From: an uncultured Verrucomicrobiota bacterium
GTDB lineage: Bacteria > Verrucomicrobiota > Kiritimatiellia > JAAZAB01
Length of the DNA: 55,884 nucleotides
Assembly: GCA_964515705.1 (NCBI GenBank)
Contig: CAZEVX010000001.1
Span: forward strand, 1 to 55,884
Direction: 5' to 3'
Shown here: positions 16,675 through 23,305 of the stretch, one piece after another
How positions within the stretch are numbered: position 1 is the stretch's first letter
Layout of the letters: every line of letters begins with the position of its first letter
The notes under the pieces: generated by a model
What the model saw: the letters and a program-made list of their open reading frames with translations, nothing else
What the model was told of the DNA's origin: nothing
Databases searched by the model: none
Made by a program: the position numbers and the translations under genes

Positions 16675-18585
16675 ATGCCTACAAGATACGATGTGATTGT
16701 AATCGGCGGCGGTCATGCCGGATGCGAGGCGGCTCTCGTTTCATCAAGAATGGGCATGAACACATTGATGGTTACACTAAATAAAAAATCTGTTGCCAGA
16801 ATGTCATGTAATCCATCTGTTGGCGGAATCGGAAAATCACATCTCGTATGTGAACTGTCTGGTCTTGGAGGCGAACTGCCAATCAATACTGACTATACTG
16901 GAATCCAATTTAGAACATTGAACACCAGAAAGGGACCTGCCGTTCAAGCATTTCGTGTTCAATGTGACAAAAATCTGTATTCTTCCAGAATGTTGTCCGT
17001 TTTGGAAAACACAAAAAATTTGATTATAATCGAAGATGTTGTCGCTACTATCGTCATTAACAACGGGACAGCAATAGGCATTCAAACAAAAAATAATCAT
17101 TATTTTGGGAATAGCATCGTATTAACAACAGGTACTTTTTTAAATGGGACGATTCGCATAGGATCAAAAAGTTATCCGGCAGGAAGATTTGGCGAATTGT
17201 CTTATTCTGATCTCAGTGATTCGCTTGCAAGGAATGGAATCCGTCTAAACAGATTTAAGACCGGTACTCCTCCAAGAATAAAGAAAGAGTCTATCAACTA
17301 TGCAAAGATGGAATGCCAGCCCGGCGATATCTTGCCGAATTTTTTTTCCAGGACCGCTCGTATTGACAATAAAATGTTCCACGTGGAACATGTATGTCCT
17401 GATATATCATGGAAACTAAAAATGTTCCACGTGGAACAATTCGCCGAACTCATGAGGCCATGGACACCAGGAACAGACCAATTGTCATGTTACCTTACAC
17501 ATACAAATCAATGTGTCCACGACTGTGTTCGACGTAATTTGCATGCAAGTTCAATGTACGGCGGCTATATTACCAGTACGGGCGTCAGATATTGCCCTTC
17601 TCTAGAAGATAAGGTTGTTAAATTTCCCGATCGTCCTGCTCATCACGTTTTTATTGAGCCGGAAGGAAGACTGTCTGACGTTGTTTATCCCAATGGAATT
17701 TCTAATAGTTTACCAGAACATATCCAAGACGAGTTTATAAGATTTATTCCTGGTTTAGAAAATGCTATTATATCCAGGTGTGGATATGCGATTGAATATG
17801 ATTATGCTGATCCCACGCAACTTGATCACACCATGCAATGTAAAATCATAAAAAACCTGTTTTTTGCTGGACAAATTAATGGGACAACCGGATACGAGGA
17901 GGCCGCCGCGCAGGGATTTGTTGCCGGCGTCAATGCCGTCTTAAAGTGCCGTGGAGAACAGGCGCTTATTATTGGCAGAGAGGACGGGTATATTGGTGTT
18001 CTGATAGATGACCTGGTGACAAAAGGAGTAGACGAACCATATCGAATGTTCACTTCCAGGTCAGAACACAGATTGACATTACGTCAAGATAATGCCGAAT
18101 ACAGAATGCTTGAATATGCGAAACGCATAGGAATAATAAACAAGACTCATATCGATGATATTCAATCGATTCAGCAGCAGGTAGAAAATGAATTAAAACG
18201 TTTAAAAACAATACGTTTTCAAGATACTTCTTTGATTCAGTTGCTAAAAAGGCCTGGATTCAGATATTATGATCTTCCTTATCGAGAAGATTTATCTGAA
18301 GAGGCAATACAACAAGTAGAAGTTTCCGCAAAATATGATGGTTTTATTGAAAGAGAACATCAACATATACAAAAACTGAAATCTCTAGAAAACATTCAAA
18401 TACCTGAATTTTTTGATTTTGGTTCCATTGTGTCGATGAGATACGAATCACGTATAAAACTTGATCGTATCAAGCCGCGAACACTTGGCCAGGCTTCCAG
18501 AATTCCTGGTGTAAATCCCGCTGATATTTCTATATTATTGGTTGCCATCAAATATTCGGAAAGAAAAACCGGGACAAAATTATGA
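16675..18585 (+). CDS. mnmG: tRNA uridine 5-carboxymethylaminomethyl modification enzyme MnmG (GidA)
   Basis: MPTRYDVIVIGGGHAGCEAA FAD motif. Also YLTHTN, GVRYCPSLEDK, FFAGQINGTTGYEEAAAQG and YRMFTSRSEHRL. The whole gene is low-GC. The start is moved from 16603 to ATG 16675. Confidence 0.93.
   Translation: MPTRYDVIVIGGGHAGCEAALVSSRMGMNTLMVTLNKKSVARMSCNPSVGGIGKSHLVCELSGLGGELPINTDYTGIQFRTLNTRKGPAVQAFRVQCDKNLYSSRMLSVLENTKNLIIIEDVVATIVINNGTAIGIQTKNNHYFGNSIVLTTGTFLNGTIRIGSKSYPAGRFGELSYSDLSDSLARNGIRLNRFKTGTPPRIKKESINYAKMECQPGDILPNFFSRTARIDNKMFHVEHVCPDISWKLKMFHVEQFAELMRPWTPGTDQLSCYLTHTNQCVHDCVRRNLHASSMYGGYITSTGVRYCPSLEDKVVKFPDRPAHHVFIEPEGRLSDVVYPNGISNSLPEHIQDEFIRFIPGLENAIISRCGYAIEYDYADPTQLDHTMQCKIIKNLFFAGQINGTTGYEEAAAQGFVAGVNAVLKCRGEQALIIGREDGYIGVLIDDLVTKGVDEPYRMFTSRSEHRLTLRQDNAEYRMLEYAKRIGIINKTHIDDIQSIQQQVENELKRLKTIRFQDTSLIQLLKRPGFRYYDLPYREDLSEEAIQQVEVSAKYDGFIEREHQHIQKLKSLENIQIPEFFDFGSIVSMRYESRIKLDRIKPRTLGQASRIPGVNPADISILLVAIKYSERKTGTKL
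17375..17390. other. parS: parS centromere-like site 1 (perfect palindrome TGTTCCACGTGGAACA)
   Basis: Read directly. Both half-sites equal TGTTCCAC, the left half of the B. subtilis spo0J parS. It differs from the consensus TGTTTCACGTGAAACA only at the symmetric positions 5 and 12. Confidence 0.75.
17423..17438. other. parS: parS centromere-like site 2 (identical palindrome)
   Basis: Identical 16-mer. It lies within a 20-nt direct repeat AAAATGTTCCACGTGGAACA shared with site 1, 48 nt downstream and in frame. Confidence 0.75.
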
Positions 18586-20391
18586 TAATGCCATTTTATA
18601 CGCCTTGTTATAACTTTCTATAAGTTGCTTCCAATCAAACTGTTCTGCCAGATCTATTGCTTTGAATCTTTGCGTTATACGATCGCGAAGTTCCATGTGT
18701 GCAAATTTCATCAGGCACTCCGTGAGTTCGTCTGCTGATGTATTAAACGATGTTGTTTTGCGATGAATCACTGATAATCCGCTCTGTTCGCAATCTGGGT
18801 TCTTTGACAGAATAAAATTGCCGAATCCCGACAAATCGGATGTGACCGCCGGAATGCCGCGTGCAAGGCATTCCAATGGGGTATATCCCCAAGGCTCGTA
18901 ATAGCTGGGAAACAACCCGAGATGGCATCCGCGAACGAACTGGTCATAATCCATGCCGAACAACGGGCTCGTTGTTGTTATAAAGTCTGGATGATAAACG
19001 ACTTTTACGGGATCGTCCGGGTTGTTTACAAGATTGGTTGCGCGCAATTGACCTAGCACTTCGTCACTACCCTGATCGGTCAAATCATGGGTTACGATCA
19101 TCGGTAACCGCGATGACCGACAGGCCTGGATAGTCCGGCGCAGACGTAGTCGCCAGTAATCATCCACCAGCGCGTTGATATCTGGAAATTTCCCCATGGC
19201 AGCCGCATGAAACAGGCGGTCGCCGACCTGCTGTTGAACGGCCCTACACGTCTGATGCAGTTCCTCGGTCATTGCCTTGTTGTTCAGCACCTCGGCGATC
19301 AAGGATCGAAATGGCTTTTTCGAAATGAGAAAGAACACGACGGTCAGACCCCGGGGTTCTAGTTTGAGACGGTAATTCAAGCGCGCCAAGGCTTCGATGG
19401 TGAGGTCAAAGCCCTTGTTGCGGTATTCGTAGCGGCCGGACGTAAAGAAATAGAGCGTGCGGTCGAGATGGAAGCTATAGCTGGGGAAAAAATGGCTGAT
19501 CACGAACCGGTGGATTCGTTCCTTGTGTACCTTGTGCAGGTTCTCGGATTCGTGCCGGGCGATGAACCGTTCGATATTCAGCCCATTCGGGAGCACGAGA
19601 TCCGGCATGCGTCCTAGAAGATACCGGCATTCGGTCGCTGTCACATTGCTGACGGTTGTAAAGATGGTCGCCCCGTGTGTTGCGGCGCGTTCCAGTTGCA
19701 CGCGGGACTCGATGTGGAATCGGCGTGCTTCCTGCTGCCAGTCGAGGACCGACAGCCGGTCGTAGAATCCGGGGTCGGAAACGGCCAGATATCGGCCAAG
19801 CAGGGTGGCATGGGTGGTAAAGACGATCGGTAGCGGCACGCGGTTGTGGCGGATCTCGGGAATCGCGGCAGCGCCCATCCACTCGTGAAAATGGGCGACA
19901 ACTGGGAAAGGCGGTGGCGCTGGCTGGTACAGGACGCGGAACAACTCGCTGACCAGGAACCCGAAGGCTAGGACCTGGTCGAGTTCCCCGTCGTTGGCAG
20001 GCACGCTGATGCGGTGGTGGTCCCAGTAGAAGTATTTGATTTCGTGTAGCTTAGGCATGAGACTACGCGGGTCGAGCAGCACGACGCGCGGCCGGCCGGT
20101 GACCAGCCAGCGCCCATGGTACGCCTGGAGTCCCAGCCGGCGCAGCGTGTCCAAGGCACCGGCGAGCGCCGGTGGCGCGTCCTCGGCATCGAACTCGATG
20201 GCAGCGGTGGCCGCGTTATAGGGACCGATCAGGCAATAGCGCTCCCGCCAGTGATCGAGCATGCTGGGAATCTTGGAGCGGATCACGGTATAGATGCCGC
20301 CGAGCTGTTGACAGACTTCCCAGGCAATTTCGAATAGCCAAGGACGCGGCGCCGCGGGCGCAGCCGGGGACACAGGATTCACGGCCGACAT
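18580..20391 (-). CDS. GT3-family (eukaryote-type) glycogen synthase
   Basis: N-terminus PWLFEIAWEVCQQLGGIYTVIRSK resembles the animal/yeast glycogen synthase N-terminus (FEVAWEVANKVGGIYTV). Length is about 600 aa. The start is set at ATG 20391, with AGGAGA 7 nt upstream. The 3' end overlaps the mnmG stop by 6 nt, tail to tail. Confidence 0.75.
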   Translation of the reverse strand: MSAVNPVSPAAPAAPRPWLFEIAWEVCQQLGGIYTVIRSKIPSMLDHWRERYCLIGPYNAATAAIEFDAEDAPPALAGALDTLRRLGLQAYHGRWLVTGRPRVVLLDPRSLMPKLHEIKYFYWDHHRISVPANDGELDQVLAFGFLVSELFRVLYQPAPPPFPVVAHFHEWMGAAAIPEIRHNRVPLPIVFTTHATLLGRYLAVSDPGFYDRLSVLDWQQEARRFHIESRVQLERAATHGATIFTTVSNVTATECRYLLGRMPDLVLPNGLNIERFIARHESENLHKVHKERIHRFVISHFFPSYSFHLDRTLYFFTSGRYEYRNKGFDLTIEALARLNYRLKLEPRGLTVVFFLISKKPFRSLIAEVLNNKAMTEELHQTCRAVQQQVGDRLFHAAAMGKFPDINALVDDYWRLRLRRTIQACRSSRLPMIVTHDLTDQGSDEVLGQLRATNLVNNPDDPVKVVYHPDFITTTSPLFGMDYDQFVRGCHLGLFPSYYEPWGYTPLECLARGIPAVTSDLSGFGNFILSKNPDCEQSGLSVIHRKTTSFNTSADELTECLMKFAHMELRDRITQRFKAIDLAEQFDWKQLIESYNKAYKMALS

Positions 20392-20607
20392 GGGCATATC
20401 TCCTGCAAGGACGCTCTGGCGCCGCCACCGACGTTGGCGGCGTGCCGGCAATGTTGCCCGGCGATTCTATCGCGATCCGGCGGACTGGGCCAGCAAAAGA
20501 TATTTCGCTTGCCACACGCGGCAGCCGCTCCCTATGGTGAGTCGGTGGACCACCGAGGTGTGGATTTGCCGAGGCCAACCTTTGGCGCGCGATCGGAAAG
20601 GCCGCCC

Positions 20608-21822
20608 GTGAACTCCGCGTTTTTCGACAAGCTGATCGACCGTCTGGACAAGCTGGACCCCGAAAGCCTGCAGTTGCAGTTCCTGCGGTTGACCCGCGAA
20701 AAGGGCCTGCTGGAAGCCGTCTTCAACGCCTTGCACGAGGGGATCGTCGTGCTCGACGGCGGCGGGCTGCTGACCTACGCCAACCAGGCCGCCAGCCAAT
20801 TGCTCGGCTTGCCGCCGACGGCCGTGAACCAACCGATGGCCCGCATCCTGAAAGACATTGACTGGGAACAGATCCTGCATCTCGACCAGCCAGACCGCTC
20901 GGAACTGATCAGTCGCGAGCTGGAGGTGACCTATCCGGCGCGCCGCATCCTGCATCTCTACGCCATGCCGATGGACTTGGGAGCCGGGCAGCGCCGAGGC
21001 GCCGTGGTAATTCTCCGCGACATCACCGGCGAGCGCGAGCAGGCCCGGCGCGTGCTGACCTCCGAGCGCCTGACCGCCCTGATGGTACTGGCGGCCGGCG
21101 TGGCGCACGAGATCGGGAACCCGCTCAATTCCCTGGACATTCACCTGCAGTTGGTCGAGCGCGAGTTGCGCGGCCTGCCGGACCCGGCCGGCGCGAGCTG
21201 CCTGGCGCTCGCGGCCACGGCGCGCAAGGAAGTCAAGCGCCTGAACCTGATCGTGACCCAGTTCCTCAACGCCATTCGCCCTTCCCAGCCGCGGCGGGAA
21301 CCGACGGCCGTGGACGACCTGGTGCGCGAAACCGTGGCCTTCATGAAGCACGAGATCGAGAACCGCGACGTCCTTGTGCGGGTGGAATGCCCGGACCCGG
21401 TCCCGCGCCTCTCGCTCGATCCCAACCAGATCAAACAGGTGTGCTTCAACATCATCAAGAACGCCCTGCGGGCCATGACCCGCGGCGGCATGCTGACGAT
21501 CACGGTCTTCAGCAACGACCAAGCACTCGGCGTCCGTTTCAAGGATACGGGGCGCGGGTTTGCGCCCGAGGACCTGGCCCGGCTCTTCGAGCCGTTTCGC
21601 TCGTCGAACGTCGGCGGGACCGGCCTGGGGCTGATGCTTGTGCAGCGGATCGTCCAAGACCACGGGGGGCGGATCGAGGTCCACAGCCAGCCCGGCAGCG
21701 GAACCACGGTGACGATGCTGCTGCCGCTCGATACTCGCCGCGTCCGTTTGCTCAAGGCGCCTCGGCCGACGCGCAGCCGCCGGCCGCGGCCGCGGACCGC
21801 CCCCGGAGAGCCCGTCCCATGA
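20608..21822 (+). CDS. Cytoplasmic PAS-domain sensor histidine kinase (NtrB-like)
   Basis: PAS-like region (EAVFNALHEGIVVLDGGG), H-box AAGVAHEIGNPLN, N box NIIKNALRAM, G boxes DTGRGF and GGTGLGL. No TM segment is seen. The start is proposed at GTG 20608, after GGAAAGG. Confidence 0.8.
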   Translation: MNSAFFDKLIDRLDKLDPESLQLQFLRLTREKGLLEAVFNALHEGIVVLDGGGLLTYANQAASQLLGLPPTAVNQPMARILKDIDWEQILHLDQPDRSELISRELEVTYPARRILHLYAMPMDLGAGQRRGAVVILRDITGEREQARRVLTSERLTALMVLAAGVAHEIGNPLNSLDIHLQLVERELRGLPDPAGASCLALAATARKEVKRLNLIVTQFLNAIRPSQPRREPTAVDDLVRETVAFMKHEIENRDVLVRVECPDPVPRLSLDPNQIKQVCFNIIKNALRAMTRGGMLTITVFSNDQALGVRFKDTGRGFAPEDLARLFEPFRSSNVGGTGLGLMLVQRIVQDHGGRIEVHSQPGSGTTVTMLLPLDTRRVRLLKAPRPTRSRRPRPRTAPGEPVP

Positions 21823-23228
21823 CGCGCCGCCCCATAATTCTGATCGTCGAGGACGAGAAAAACACGCGCGAGGGTCTGGAGCGCGCCCTGCGCCGCGACT
21901 ACCAGACGCTCGCGGCGGACAGCGCCGAACACGCCCTGCGACTGCTGGACGAAACCCCCGTCGACGCGCTCCTGACCGACCTGCGGTTGCCGGGCATGGA
22001 CGGGCTGGCGCTGGTCAAGCGCGCCCTGGCGCGCGACAGCCAGCCGCTTTGCATCGTGTTGACCGCCTACGGCAGCATTGAATCGGCGGTGGAGGCGATG
22101 AAGGCCGGGGCCTATGAATTCCTGACCAAGCCCGTCAATCTCGACCAACTGGAGTTAATCCTGGCGCGTGGGCTGCGTACGCGGCAGCTGGAATCGGAAA
22201 ACCGCACCTTGCGATCGCAGCTCGACCGGCAATTCGGCCTGGAAACGATGACCGGACGGTCGCCGGCCATGGAATCGCTGTTCCGCATGATCCGGCAGGT
22301 CGCGCCCTCGCGCGCCACGGTTCTGATCCAGGGCGAGAGCGGCACCGGCAAGGAACTGGTGGCGCATGCGATCCACGGCCTCAGCCCGCGGGCGCGCGGG
22401 CCGTTCGTCGCGGTCCACTGCGCCGCGCTGCCGGCCACCCTGCTCGAAAGCGAGCTTTTCGGCCACGAAAAAGGCGCCTTCACGGGCGCCACCGAACGCC
22501 GGCGCGGGCGCTTCGAACTCGCCGAGGGCGGCACCCTGTTGCTCGACGAAATCTCCGAGATCGCGCCCGCCCTGCAAGTCAAGCTGCTGCGCGTCCTAGA
22601 AGAACGGACGTTCGAGCGGGTTGGCGGCCAGCAGACGCTGGAGACCGATATCCGCCTGATCACCGCCACCAACCGCGACCTCGAACGATTGGCGCGCGAG
22701 GACCGTTTCCGGCAGGATCTCTTCTTCCGACTGAATGTCGTGATGCTGACCGTGCCGCCGTTGCGCGAGCGGACGGGCGATATTCCGCTGCTTGTCCGGC
22801 GCTTCATCGATGAGTTCGCGCGCGACAACGACAAACCAATCCGCGAAATCGCCCCCGACGCCCTCGACGCGCTGGCAGCCTATGCCTGGCCGGGCAATGT
22901 CCGCGAACTGCGCAACGTCGTCGAGCGCATGATCGTCCTCTCGTCCGCGTCGCGGCTGACGCTCCAGGATTTGCCGCCGGCCATCCGCGGTCAGCCGGCG
23001 CCGTCCTCCTCCGCCTTCCACGCCGCACCGGCTGGGTCGCTGCGCGAGGCCCACCGCCAGATGGTGGTGGCCGCGCTCGACGCCTGCGGTGGCAGTCGCA
23101 CGCGCGCGGCCGCACGCCTGGGCATCAGCCGCCGGACACTGCACCGCAAGCTGCACGAGTACGGGCTGCCGCTGCGCCATCCGCGCGCCGCGCTCGGGAC
23201 GCCCGGGGCGCCCGCGGCGCCGGTTTGA
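21819..23228 (+). CDS. Sigma54-dependent response regulator (NtrC family)
   Basis: Its ATG overlaps the kinase stop (ATGA). Receiver ILIVEDEKNTREGL...DLRLPGMDG. AAA+ GESGTGKELVAHAIH. The GAFTGA loop is present (EKGAFTGA). C-terminal Fis-type HTH (AAARLGISRRTLHRKL). Confidence 0.9.
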   Translation: MTRRPIILIVEDEKNTREGLERALRRDYQTLAADSAEHALRLLDETPVDALLTDLRLPGMDGLALVKRALARDSQPLCIVLTAYGSIESAVEAMKAGAYEFLTKPVNLDQLELILARGLRTRQLESENRTLRSQLDRQFGLETMTGRSPAMESLFRMIRQVAPSRATVLIQGESGTGKELVAHAIHGLSPRARGPFVAVHCAALPATLLESELFGHEKGAFTGATERRRGRFELAEGGTLLLDEISEIAPALQVKLLRVLEERTFERVGGQQTLETDIRLITATNRDLERLAREDRFRQDLFFRLNVVMLTVPPLRERTGDIPLLVRRFIDEFARDNDKPIREIAPDALDALAAYAWPGNVRELRNVVERMIVLSSASRLTLQDLPPAIRGQPAPSSSAFHAAPAGSLREAHRQMVVAALDACGGSRTRAAARLGISRRTLHRKLHEYGLPLRHPRAALGTPGAPAAPV

Positions 23229-23305
23229 CGCGGGCCAATCCGCCCGCGCGGCTCACTTGGAGAACGGCTTACGCTCCGCGACCAACCCCATTAGGATGCG
23301 CGGCG

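Noticed and set aside
17779-17787. DnaA-box-like TGTGGATAT (8/9 match) within mnmG
   Set aside because: It is a single isolated copy lying in codons of the conserved GYAIEYD block. There is no cluster, so it is probably coincidental.
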